A DNA stretch of 64,000 bases, from the NCBI GenBank assembly GCA_965223845.1, contig CBDCXR010000004.1, positions 6,688,001 through 6,752,000 on the forward strand, given 5' to 3'. Within the stretch, counting starts at the first letter, position 1, and every line of letters starts with the position of its first letter. Position numbers and translations under genes: made by a program. The notes under the pieces are model-generated. The model saw only the letters and a list, made by a program, of their open reading frames with translations, was not told the DNA's origin and ran no database searches. This DNA is from Planctomycetota bacterium. Its GTDB lineage: Bacteria > Planctomycetota > UBA8108 > SXIK01. Shown one piece after another: positions 48,362 through 57,999 of the stretch.

Positions 48362-51300
48362 TCAAAACGCACAAACCGACGAACAACCCTCCACCCGCAC
48401 GCACCCGACGCCCAGCCCCGGCGGCGCCCCGCTTTCGAAGAGATACGCGAGGATGAAGAGCGAGTCGGCGATGTTCACCGCGCCGTCCGCGTTCGCATCG
48501 AGCACGAGGACGTTTCCCCCCTCAGTGAGCGCGCCCTCGCAAGGCGGGGTGCGCTCCGCCCCGTCGAAGAGCGCGAGGAGAAGCCACAGCGCGTCCGCGA
48601 TGTCGAGCGACTGGTCGGCATTGCCGTCGCCCGGAACGCGAAATCCTCCGGCCGGCGGCTCACCCGAGGACGGCAGTCCCGGCGTTCCGGCCGGCGCTGC
48701 GCTCGCGAACCACGCGTCGGGGACGCTGAGAACGTCGGGGTAATCGGCGCCCTCGTCGACGACCTGAAGCGACGGGCCCGCGCCGTCCGTCTCCGGGTGC
48801 CAGACATCCGAATAGACGAACTCGGTGATGATCCGGCCGTTCCGCAGCCGGACCTGAACGACCTCACCGCCGTTGTCGAGCCGGTCGTCGTACTCTCCGG
48901 CGATGTCGATCTCGCTCGTATCGTAGCGAAGTGCGAAGGCGTCGAGATTGCGGACGACGACGATGTAGTCCCCGGGCGCGAGGCGCTCGATCGGCGAGTC
49001 TCCGAAGTCGAACCTCACGCCGTCGGCGAGGATGACGTCGCGGAGATCGATCGCCGCGCCACTCACGTTGCGGAATTCGATGAACTCGAAGTCCGACCCA
49101 CCCGCCGGGTTGTACATGAGCTCGGTCACGCGGAGGGCAGCTTCCTCCGGAAGCGCAGCGAGCGGGGGACCCGCGGTAAACTCGATCGGGGACGACCAGT
49201 GACTCCACCGATTCGTCGTGTCGCGCACCCTGCAGCGAACGCGGTAGGTCCGGCCCTCGGCGAGGATCGGCGGGAGAGCGAGCACGAACGAGTCGGTGAC
49301 GTCACCGCTCTCCCAGGCCGCGGGCCACTCGTAGAGCTTGGGCGCGAGCGGATCGAAGCCCGGCGCGCCGGGATCCGTGACTTCGCCGATCCGCCACTCG
49401 AGCCCGGCGAAGGTGGCGGCACCCTGCGGATCGCTGAACGCATCCGACTCGAACGCGAGCGCGTCGAGCGGGAAGCCGCCGGGTCCGGTGTACGCGATGC
49501 TGGGCGTCGCCGGGATGCGCGATGAATCTCCCTCGGCGTTTGCGAGGTTGTCGAGATGCCGCGCCCGACCTCCGGCGGGGACGTCCGGCCCGGTCGATCC
49601 CGTCCAGCCGACGAAGGCGAAGTTCTTCATGTCGCGCACCTTCGTCTCGATCGGCCCGAAGTCCTGCGAGCCCGCGGCCGACGGCGCGCTGCGGTAGCGA
49701 TCGCGGTCGGCGTCGGAGAGATCGTGGACCTGGGCGGTGAGATCGTCGATGAGCTCGTGAATGACTTCTTCCGTCCAGATGAGATCGCGAAAACTCCGGA
49801 TGAAGTTTCGGTACTCCTGCTTGAACGCCGGCTTCCCCGGCGAGGCGAAAATCGCGTTCTTCGAGTAGTCTACGCCGCTGTTCCAGTTGGGTCCCCAGCT
49901 CGCGTCCGAGTCGTGAGGGAGCGTCCAGAGGCGACCGTACTGGCCCTCGGACGGCGCGAAGTACCAGGCGCGATTCTTGAGATGCGAGTCGGCCGGGCGG
50001 AAGTCGTAGTGACGAATCGCCTCGCAGATCGTGTGGTACGGATACCAGCGCGAGTAGTCGACGTGCTCGTCGAGCCACGAATCGGAGCGCTCGGGGCGGA
50101 GGTTGTTCCGAATGTTCTGAAAGTCGGCATCGTTGTCGACGGCGTCGAGGCCCTGGTGACGTTTCACGCGGTTTCCGTCGAAGATCTGGTCCTTCAGCTT
50201 ATAGAGGTTCCCGTCCGCGAGATCGTGCGCGTCGAGGAAGCGCGAGTCGTAGTTCTCGAACGCGAGGTGGATGCCGAAAAAGTCGCCGAAGTACTGGTCG
50301 AGCTCTTCTGAGTCGTCGATCACGCGAAGCTGGAAGGTGTGGACGAAGGGTGCCTCACCGACCATGTTCCAGAGAATCGCGTTCATCGTTTCGGTGAGGC
50401 CGAAGTTCCCGACGTCCTTGTTGTCGAACATCTTCCCCGTGTTGAGCGTCCGCCAGCGCGTCGGGTAGCGTTCGCCGAAGCGGTCGCGCGCGCGGAGGTG
50501 GTAGCCCTTGTTGAAGCGGAACCGAAAGGAGCGCTTCCCGCGACCGCCGTATCGATCGTTTGCCTGTCGGAGTCGATAGCGGATGTGGTCGTACACGATG
50601 CCGTCGTAGACGAAGGTTCCCTGCCAATTGAAGTGGTCGCGCGCGTTTTCGTTCGACTTCGGGATGTGGAAGGAGCTGTCGTACGCGATGCAGTGCGTGA
50701 GATCGCTTTCGAGGGTGAGCAGGTGGTAGACGGGAAGCGAGGTCATGACGTCTGCGTCGTAGACGTACGGCGTGCGCGACTGCACCGAGCGGACGGTCGC
50801 GGTGTAGGGAGGGACGCCGTCGTAGACGAAGTAGGCGAAGTTGCGCGACGGGTCATCGGCGTAGGGGACCGTCGCCGCAGCTCCCGCCGTGTCGCGCACC
50901 GTGATGCGGTAGCGGACGAGGGTGCGGTGCGATCGCGCGGGAAGCGTCGCCGTGTAGATCGAGTCGCCGCCGGTCTCATCGTCGCCCACGCCGTTGTCGT
51001 GCATCGCGACGCTCGTCCAGCTCGCCGGATTCTCGTACTCGGGGTTCGGATCGTGCGGGCGTTCCGGGTCGCCGAGGAGAACGCTGTGCGCGTGCGAGAG
51101 GAGCGACGGCACGTAATCGCCCGGTGAGACGATCTGGTAGGCCAGGTCGACGGCACTCACCCCGTCCGGATCCGTCACCTTCGCGGTGATCACCGCCTCC
51201 TCCGACGAGAGGGGTTGGCGCGGAGAGTGGTTCACCTGACGAGTCTGCGGCGGCGCGTTCGCGGCGAGGACGGAGTTCGCGAGGCCGGGTGTGGGCGGCC

Positions 51301-52348
51301 CGAGCGAATCGGGGTCGGTGCCCGGGATGAGGATCGACGCGTCGAACGAGAAGTCGCTGCTCGTCGCCGACTGATTGAGTCCGTGGACCGCGAGCAGGTT
51401 CGTCCCCGCGACGAGAATCGACGCCGGCGCCGGGAGGTCGACTTCTTCCCAGCCCGCTTCGTGATTCTGTCCGAGCGAGTCGTAGTCGAGCGCGCCGCCG
51501 GGTGCGTGCAGGCGGGCGACCTCTTGCCCGTTCAGCCACACGACGCAGCCGTCGTCGATGTAGACGCGGAGCTTCCAGCTCGGAGGGATGTCTGCAGGAT
51601 TCGGGATGTCGAACTCGTGCCGAAAGTACACGGTCGTGTAGCTGCCGCTCATGTCGCTCAGCACCGTGGCGTCATCGCCGTCGCCGTAACCGATGCTCGC
51701 CTCGCCGTCGTTCCACGATGCGTCTTCGTTGAAGCTGATTGTCCGCCAGTCGCTCGGCGGGTTCGACGTGCCCTTTCGATAGCGCCAGGCATCCGATTGC
51801 GGCGGAACGAAGAACATCGGCGGTACCGGCTCCGAAGCGCTGTCGAAACCCGACGCGCGCCAGCTTCCGCCGAGATCGTTGTCGAGCGACGGATGGATCA
51901 GCTCGAGCGAGCTGCCGCGACCACCGGAGGCGGTCGGCCAGGGAAACGCGACGCCGTAGTCGACTTCATCGATGAGCGTGCCGGCCGCGTCCCGGAGTGC
52001 GAGGCGCTCGCCGTCGTTCGAGAGACGACCCGTGTAGGGGCCGAGGTCCGGTGCGAAGCCGAACTCAGCGGTGAACGCGGCAGGATCTTCCGCGAGGACG
52101 AGAAACTCGCCCGCGGGCAACTCGGCGCCGGGGGGAAACACGAAGCTGATCCCGCTCGTGAACACCCAGCCCGCGAGATCGGCGGTCTCCGCCGACGCGT
52201 TGTAGATCTCGACAAACTCCGAGGCCGAAGTCTTGTCCGGCGGGTCGAAGTGAATCTCGCTGATGACGATCTGGGCGGGACAAGGCGCACTCGCGATCAG
52301 AGACGCGAATGCCGTGGCGAGGACGGCGCGGAGTGGTCGGAGGATCAT
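48362..52348 (-). CDS. Secreted lamin-tail-domain / CotH kinase-like protein with C-terminal dockerin-like domain
   Basis: IVISEIHF..EFVEIYN and LRVTELMYNP (lamin tail domains); CotH-like core (GNLYK, HDSDASWG); GDGNADQSLDIAD...DANADGAVNIAD. Confidence 0.85.
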   Translation of the reverse strand: MILRPLRAVLATAFASLIASAPCPAQIVISEIHFDPPDKTSASEFVEIYNASAETADLAGWVFTSGISFVFPPGAELPAGEFLVLAEDPAAFTAEFGFAPDLGPYTGRLSNDGERLALRDAAGTLIDEVDYGVAFPWPTASGGRGSSLELIHPSLDNDLGGSWRASGFDSASEPVPPMFFVPPQSDAWRYRKGTSNPPSDWRTISFNEDASWNDGEASIGYGDGDDATVLSDMSGSYTTVYFRHEFDIPNPADIPPSWKLRVYIDDGCVVWLNGQEVARLHAPGGALDYDSLGQNHEAGWEEVDLPAPASILVAGTNLLAVHGLNQSATSSDFSFDASILIPGTDPDSLGPPTPGLANSVLAANAPPQTRQVNHSPRQPLSSEEAVITAKVTDPDGVSAVDLAYQIVSPGDYVPSLLSHAHSVLLGDPERPHDPNPEYENPASWTSVAMHDNGVGDDETGGDSIYTATLPARSHRTLVRYRITVRDTAGAAATVPYADDPSRNFAYFVYDGVPPYTATVRSVQSRTPYVYDADVMTSLPVYHLLTLESDLTHCIAYDSSFHIPKSNENARDHFNWQGTFVYDGIVYDHIRYRLRQANDRYGGRGKRSFRFRFNKGYHLRARDRFGERYPTRWRTLNTGKMFDNKDVGNFGLTETMNAILWNMVGEAPFVHTFQLRVIDDSEELDQYFGDFFGIHLAFENYDSRFLDAHDLADGNLYKLKDQIFDGNRVKRHQGLDAVDNDADFQNIRNNLRPERSDSWLDEHVDYSRWYPYHTICEAIRHYDFRPADSHLKNRAWYFAPSEGQYGRLWTLPHDSDASWGPNWNSGVDYSKNAIFASPGKPAFKQEYRNFIRSFRDLIWTEEVIHELIDDLTAQVHDLSDADRDRYRSAPSAAGSQDFGPIETKVRDMKNFAFVGWTGSTGPDVPAGGRARHLDNLANAEGDSSRIPATPSIAYTGPGGFPLDALAFESDAFSDPQGAATFAGLEWRIGEVTDPGAPGFDPLAPKLYEWPAAWESGDVTDSFVLALPPILAEGRTYRVRCRVRDTTNRWSHWSSPIEFTAGPPLAALPEEAALRVTELMYNPAGGSDFEFIEFRNVSGAAIDLRDVILADGVRFDFGDSPIERLAPGDYIVVVRNLDAFALRYDTSEIDIAGEYDDRLDNGGEVVQVRLRNGRIITEFVYSDVWHPETDGAGPSLQVVDEGADYPDVLSVPDAWFASAAPAGTPGLPSSGEPPAGGFRVPGDGNADQSLDIADALWLLLALFDGAERTPPCEGALTEGGNVLVLDANADGAVNIADSLFILAYLFESGAPPGLGVGCVRVEGCSSVCAF

Positions 52349-52612
52349 GTTACGAACGGGCTACTCGCGGAGGGGGCAGGCGGATCGCGGCGCGGGCGAT
52401 CCGCGGGAAGCCTCGATTGTAGCAGCCCACTCGGCCTCCGACCGAGGATATGGCGAGCGCAAAATGCGGAGGGCCCCTCCGCGCCGAGACGCGAAGAGGC
52501 CCTCACTGTGTTGCGGCACTCCTCTTCGATGCTTGAATCGATTTCTCCGGGGGCGTACCGCCCGAGCGGGTCGCTCACCCCCGCGATTCAGGGGCGAGCG
52601 CCCGCGACTCCG

Positions 52613-53245
52613 CTACTGGTTGCGGAACGCGATGACTCGCGTAAAGTCCTGCGTTTCGACTGTGCCGTCGTCGGCCACCTTCCCGGCGGTGACAGTGACG
52701 GAGATTCCGTTGGTGAGGCCGGTGAAGCGGAGATCGAGGATGTCACCGACGAGCTGGATCGGCGTCGTGCCGGCCTCCGAGTAGACGATGTAGCCTTCGT
52801 CGATGCGTCCGTCGAGATTGTCGTCGATCCCGTTCCCGAGCGTCTCTCCAGCTTCCGGTTGGCGCTGAAGGGTGACCGTGGGGCTGTACACCGGCAGCCC
52901 GTTCTCGAGCCCGATGACCTTGCTGAACTGAATGAACTCGCTGTTCGTGATCACGATCGGGAGGAGCGACGCGGAGTCGGCGAGGACGACTTCCTCGGCG
53001 AGCCGCGCGAGGGCCCGCTGACCGATCTCGTTGACGACGCTTCGACGAACCTGCTCGTTGAACGCGTCCTGCGATCGCACCCAGAAGCTCATCGCGCCGG
53101 CGATGACGATTCCGAGCAGCGCGACCGTGATCGTGACCTCGATCAGCGTGATTCCGCTCTCTGCCGTGGTCGCGTCCCTTCGGTGAATTGGGCTCCCGGC
53201 GGGGGAGTGTCCAGCGGGACGACGAAAGTGAGTGCCGCAACGCAT
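52613..53245 (-). CDS. Prepilin-type N-terminal cleavage/methylation protein (PilW/GspJ-like)
   Basis: GITLIEV followed by a hydrophobic helix; start uncertain. Confidence 0.8.
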   Translation of the reverse strand: MRCGTHFRRPAGHSPAGSPIHRRDATTAESGITLIEVTITVALLGIVIAGAMSFWVRSQDAFNEQVRRSVVNEIGQRALARLAEEVVLADSASLLPIVITNSEFIQFSKVIGLENGLPVYSPTVTLQRQPEAGETLGNGIDDNLDGRIDEGYIVYSEAGTTPIQLVGDILDLRFTGLTNGISVTVTAGKVADDGTVETQDFTRVIAFRNQ

Positions 53246-53250
53246 CACGA

Positions 53251-53775
53251 TCAGATCCTCCTCTCGATGACCTTCATGTGTTCGACCTTCCACTCTCCGC
53301 CTTCCTCGACGAGCCGCAGCCGCAGCACCTTTCCGGGCGCGGAGTCGGGTTCCCACGGAAACGAGGTCCCGAAGACGTCTTCGACCGGGAGGTACGGCGC
53401 CTCGAGGAACACCCAGTCGCGCCCGCGGCGCACCGGACGGAGGCTGTCGAGGTCCGTGCGGCGGAGCAGCTCGTTGACCTCTACCGAGTCGTAGTCGCGG
53501 AGGCAGCGGCCGGTCATGACCGTGGCGCTGCCCTGGAACTGCTGACTTCCGATGCGGTCGACGATCGAGGCGACGGGATCGGTGCGCACTTCGTGCGTCG
53601 CCGCCATCTCCACGACGGGGGCGCCGCGAGCGATGCTCGGTTCCTCCGCCTCGGCTGAGCCGCCGGTGAGCGCGAGGAGTCCGGTGACGGCGAGTGCACC
53701 GCCCGCGCACCAGAGAACGGGATGCCTCCAGATGGTGCGGACGTCGCGATCTGGATTCGTTTGCGTTCGACTCAT
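53251..53775 (-). CDS. Hypothetical membrane-anchored protein in pilin cluster
   Basis: N-terminal TM; co-oriented and tightly packed with neighbours. Confidence 0.65.
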   Translation of the reverse strand: MSRTQTNPDRDVRTIWRHPVLWCAGGALAVTGLLALTGGSAEAEEPSIARGAPVVEMAATHEVRTDPVASIVDRIGSQQFQGSATVMTGRCLRDYDSVEVNELLRRTDLDSLRPVRRGRDWVFLEAPYLPVEDVFGTSFPWEPDSAPGKVLRLRLVEEGGEWKVEHMKVIERRI

Positions 53776-53862
53776 GGGATTCTCGTTCACTTCTATGCAG
53801 CCCGGAGCGAAGCACCGCCGTCGCGCCCGCGCGGCGGCGGTGCCGCTCTTCTCACAAACGGA

Positions 53863-55875
53863 TTAGGTCCCGGGTGGGGTCTGCTCGCCGCTTTCGCCGC
53901 TCGTGGACCCCGTGCCTTTGTACATGCTCCAGGAGAACGTCACGATGTCCTTCGTGAGCGTCGTCTGGCTCATGAGATCGATGTCAAAGTCGTCGTCGAG
54001 CTCGTTCAGCGTGTCCACCGCGGAGACGAGGTTCCCCTCGTCGTAGGTGATGTGGAGCTTGCCGTCGAGATCGAGCTTCAGCTTTTCTTTTTTGTCCGAG
54101 GGCGGGGAACCGAGCTGGAGCATGCCGTTGATCACGACGTCGCTGTCTTTCTGGAGCTGTGCCTTCATATGGGCTCCGGCGAGCGTGAAGAGGCCGTCGA
54201 CGTTGATGCTTCCGTCCATGACGTTGAGCTCGGCTTTGTTGGAGGTCGTATCGTCGTAATCGGTCGTCATCATGAACGAACCCGTCACGTTGACGGAGCC
54301 GCCGCTGTCGACGTCGAAACGAGTGTGATCGCCGTTCCCTCCGGCGCCGAGAACGACCAGGTTGCCGTCGACGTTCATGTCGCCACCCTTCAGCCAGATG
54401 CTCGGGTGCTTCTTCTCGGTGCCCATGACGATGATGTCGCCCGTCCAGTTGATCGAGCTGCCGCTCTCGAGGCGAATCTCGTCGTCGACGATGAGTGTTC
54501 CGTGACCGGAGATGTCTCCGCCCTTGAGAATCATCTTCTGCGACAGGTAGACGGTGACGGGCTCGGTCTCCGTTCCGTAGGTGAGCGCGCCCGACTCTTC
54601 AAGAAAATCGCTGTCGTCCTCTTCGGCCGCTGCCAGCTGACCCTCGAGATCCGTGACGAGAGCTTCCAGCTCCGTGAGCTCGCCGGCGACCTCGGGGTAT
54701 TCGATGCCGAGTAGCTCGGTGAGTTCGCCTTCGTACTTGCTGATTTGTCCGGGCGGGCCGTCTTCGGCGATGAGGGCTTCGAGCGTCGACTGCAAATCGG
54801 CAGCTTCTAGGTCGAGCGCATCGAGCTCGCTCTGAGTCGCTGCGAGATCGAGCTCCGCCTGTTCGAGCTGATCGGAGAGTGAAGTGGTGGTCGTCGAATC
54901 GCCGCTGCTGCTATCGGAATTCCCGGTTTCCTTGATCTGATCGAGCACGATGTCTGCGTCGGCGATCTCCTGCGTGAACTCCGCAACGAGATTCGTGTAC
55001 ATCGTCGAGAGGTCGTCGAGGCGCGAAGACGTGTGCGCGTTGTACTCGATCGGAAGCTCGATCTCGCCGGAAGCGACCGCCATCTCGTCCGCCCAGGCCT
55101 CGTACGAAGCGATCAGGTGGCTCGGCAGGTAGTCGCGGAGGACGTCGGTCGAGGCCTCACCGGCGTAGATGCTGTTGACGAGCGCATCGCTGTCGGTCTT
55201 GCCGAGATCGGAGACGAGAAACGACTCGAGGTCGGACGGGAACGACACCTGCGCCCCCGTGCCCTGCTTCGTCGTCGGCGAGAACGTGTTCGTTCCCGTT
55301 CCCACGATGCTCGACGAGGTGATCGAGCCGGATGCGATCGCGTCGGCAAACTCGCCGCCGAGCGTATCGTAGAGATCGGTCGAGCTCGTCACGAACGCGG
55401 GCCGATCGCCGCCGTCGATGAGAAGATCGGAGTTCTTCTTGAACTTGAAGTTCGTCATGTCGAGCTCACCGGCGACCGAGACCGCGGCCGTCGGAAACGC
55501 CGTGGTCGTGATCTGTCCGACGATCGTCTCCACGGTCGTCGTTTCGTCGTCGCTGGTGCCGGTCGACACGAGACGCCAGGCGTCGCCGCCGAGCGCCTCC
55601 GCCTGAACGGAGAACGTGCCCGCCTCCGTCACCTGCGTCGCGAACCCGATTCCGTCGCCGCCCGTGTCGATCTGCTCGGCGATCTCGAACTTCGCCTCCT
55701 CGAGTCCCGCTTCCGCGAGATAGAAGGCGGTCGTGTCCGCCTGTTTTTGCGTGACGTCTCGAGATCGTGTCGTCAAGACCGTGACGACCGAGGCCGTGGC
55801 CCCGACCATCGCGACGACGACGATGACGACCGTCAGCAGAGCAACACCGTGTTCTCTGCTTCCTCGTTGTTGCAT
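53863..55875 (-). CDS. PilX-like protein with acidic coiled coil and beta-rich C-terminus
   Basis: GVALLTVV hydrophobic helix and AFYLAEAGLEEA (PilX N-terminal motif). Confidence 0.8.
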   Translation of the reverse strand: MQQRGSREHGVALLTVVIVVVAMVGATASVVTVLTTRSRDVTQKQADTTAFYLAEAGLEEAKFEIAEQIDTGGDGIGFATQVTEAGTFSVQAEALGGDAWRLVSTGTSDDETTTVETIVGQITTTAFPTAAVSVAGELDMTNFKFKKNSDLLIDGGDRPAFVTSSTDLYDTLGGEFADAIASGSITSSSIVGTGTNTFSPTTKQGTGAQVSFPSDLESFLVSDLGKTDSDALVNSIYAGEASTDVLRDYLPSHLIASYEAWADEMAVASGEIELPIEYNAHTSSRLDDLSTMYTNLVAEFTQEIADADIVLDQIKETGNSDSSSGDSTTTTSLSDQLEQAELDLAATQSELDALDLEAADLQSTLEALIAEDGPPGQISKYEGELTELLGIEYPEVAGELTELEALVTDLEGQLAAAEEDDSDFLEESGALTYGTETEPVTVYLSQKMILKGGDISGHGTLIVDDEIRLESGSSINWTGDIIVMGTEKKHPSIWLKGGDMNVDGNLVVLGAGGNGDHTRFDVDSGGSVNVTGSFMMTTDYDDTTSNKAELNVMDGSINVDGLFTLAGAHMKAQLQKDSDVVINGMLQLGSPPSDKKEKLKLDLDGKLHITYDEGNLVSAVDTLNELDDDFDIDLMSQTTLTKDIVTFSWSMYKGTGSTSGESGEQTPPGT

Positions 55876-55945
55876 AGATCCCTCCAAACTACTGCTTCTC
55901 AATGCTCTCGATGTTTCGTGAATTCAGTGCGAGAGGCGGGTCGCA

Positions 55946-56344
55946 TCAGCCCTTCGCGTTATAGATCTGCGTGTCGAGCGTATATGTGAGCGGTGTGCCC
56001 GCGACGGACCAGGTCGCGGTGATCGAAACCTGCAAGAGCTTCGGTTCGATCGCGGTGACAGCGACGCTCAGAACTTCCGTCGGACCGGCCGTCCCGGTGA
56101 CATCCTCGACGTTGTACGTCTGGCCGTCGTAGGTCGACAGGATCGTTTCCGTGTCGACCGTACGGATCTCCTCGATGAGATTCTGCGCGGCTTGCAGAAC
56201 TCGCTGGCGCGACTCATCGACTTCGGTCTGCCGACTCGACGAGACGACGAGCGTGCCCATGCCGACGAGCGCGACGGCGAGGATCGTCATCGCGATGTGG
56301 ATTTCGATGAGGCTGAAGCCTTCGTTTCGAAAACTTGTCTTCAT
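55946..56344 (-). CDS. PilV-like minor pilin
   Basis: GFSLIE + hydrophobic helix; AQNLIEEIR. Confidence 0.85.
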   Translation of the reverse strand: MKTSFRNEGFSLIEIHIAMTILAVALVGMGTLVVSSSRQTEVDESRQRVLQAAQNLIEEIRTVDTETILSTYDGQTYNVEDVTGTAGPTEVLSVAVTAIEPKLLQVSITATWSVAGTPLTYTLDTQIYNAKG

Positions 56345-56697
56345 TCGGTGCATTTCGTCTCTCCCGCACTCGATCGATGACGCGTGCAATCGCACGAGAT
56401 GGCCGAGAAGAGTACGATGTGAATTATCGGGTGACAAAGTTTTCGGAAAGTTTGCGCGCGGCGTGTGCATCGAGAGCTCCGGCGCGGCGGTTGCACGCGC
56501 AAGCGCGCGGCCGAATCTTCGCGGGTTCTCGTCGGCCGCCGCACTCGTTCCCGTTCCCGACAGATTTCTTCTTCTTCTGCTGCTGCTGCCGATCCTCACT
56601 CCGCGCCGTCAGGAGGTTCTCCCTTTCACCGACGTCGCTCGCATCGCCAGAACGGGAGCGCGAGCGAGAGCGGGAACGCGAACCAACGTTCGCCCCG

Positions 56698-57573
56698 CTA
56701 CGCCCGCAGCGACGCGATGAACTGCTCCGTCGTCGGCGTCAGCTTCTTTCGGCGTTTGCGGATGATCCCGACCGGTCGCCGGAACTCGCAGTCCGAGATC
56801 GAGACCTCGAAGAGCATCCCGCGCTGGACTTCCCGCTCGACGCTCGGGCGCGGGAGGATGCTGATCGCCGATGAAATCTCGAGTGCTTGCTTGATCGTCT
56901 CGATGTTGTCGAACTCGCTGACGACATCCATCGCTACGTGGCGGCCCTTCAGCGTGCGATCGATCTCGTGACGGATGCGGAGCTCGCGATCGAAGCCGAC
57001 CATGCGCTCGCCGTCGAGGTTTCGCACGGACACGTTCTCTCGTCCCGCGAACGGGTGGCCGGGCGGGCAGACGACGACCATCGTCTCCTCGAGCCACGGG
57101 AGGAGCTCGAGGTGCCGGTGCGACTTCGGGTAGGAGACGACACCGAAATCGGTCTCGTCATCGAGCACCGCTGAGTACACCCGGCCGGGAAGCAAGTACT
57201 CGAGTCGGATGGTGGCCCCCGCGTTCTCCGTCATGAACGCCTGGATGTATCGACTGAGCGTGTGGAGACCGACCGAGTAGATTGAGGCGACCCGCACCGT
57301 CCCGACGAGTGCCTTGTGCTGGCGGCGAATCTCGTCGAGAAGGGTGCGGTGCTCGTAGAGGAGGCGCTGGCAGCCATCGAAGTACTGGGCGCCCTCCGGC
57401 GTCGGACGGAGCGGCCGACGCGTGCGGTCGATGAGCTGGAATCCGAGCTCGCTTTCGAGGTGGGCGACGAGCTGGCTCGCCGCGGGCTGCGAAATCCCGA
57501 CGGCGGCAGCGCCCTGAGAGAAGCTCTGTCGCCGGAGGACCGCGCAGAAGACCTCGAGTGCCTGGAAGTTCAC
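56698..57573 (-). CDS. LysR-family regulator divergent from gltBD
   Basis: SFSQGAAAVGISQPAASQLVAHLESELG and EFDNIETIK. Confidence 0.95.
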   Translation of the reverse strand: MNFQALEVFCAVLRRQSFSQGAAAVGISQPAASQLVAHLESELGFQLIDRTRRPLRPTPEGAQYFDGCQRLLYEHRTLLDEIRRQHKALVGTVRVASIYSVGLHTLSRYIQAFMTENAGATIRLEYLLPGRVYSAVLDDETDFGVVSYPKSHRHLELLPWLEETMVVVCPPGHPFAGRENVSVRNLDGERMVGFDRELRIRHEIDRTLKGRHVAMDVVSEFDNIETIKQALEISSAISILPRPSVEREVQRGMLFEVSISDCEFRRPVGIIRKRRKKLTPTTEQFIASLRA

Positions 57574-57611
57574 TGGTCACTGCCTCGCGGGGCGGCGCGG
57601 GAGGAAATAGA

Positions 57612-57685
57612 ATAAGAAGAGCTTATATGATATTCTCCTGCGATTCAATCGGCTGATTGACGAGATCGCGCCTCTGTGGCATTCT
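57612..57685 (+). promoter_or_regulatory. LysR box and sigma70-like gltB promoter
   Basis: ATAAG-N5-CTTAT (T-N11-A, 57612-57626); TCAATC-N4-GATTGA; TTGACG (57657)-17 nt-CATTCT. Confidence 0.7.
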
Positions 57686-57999
57686 CGGGGCTTGCTCGAA
57701 ACCCGGCCCTCGTGGGGGAGCCGGGATGACCTCCCCGCCTCGAGCGCCCGTAGATCAAACGAACTTCGGTTCCTGACTCCGCGGATTCGTGCCGCGCTGC
57801 GCGCGTGTCGGCTCAGGTTGGCCGTCGCGCTGTGAGGGTCTCGCGGGGGGCGTCATGCGATCGCGATCGTTCCCAAGCGACGACGTACCGCGGCCCCGTG
57901 GTTCGGTCACGCTGCGTAGAGCCGATGAGCTCCGCGGCCGAACCCCTACCGTGCGGATCCCCCTCACGGCGTGGTGCTGGCGGGAGACTGGAGTCCGTC

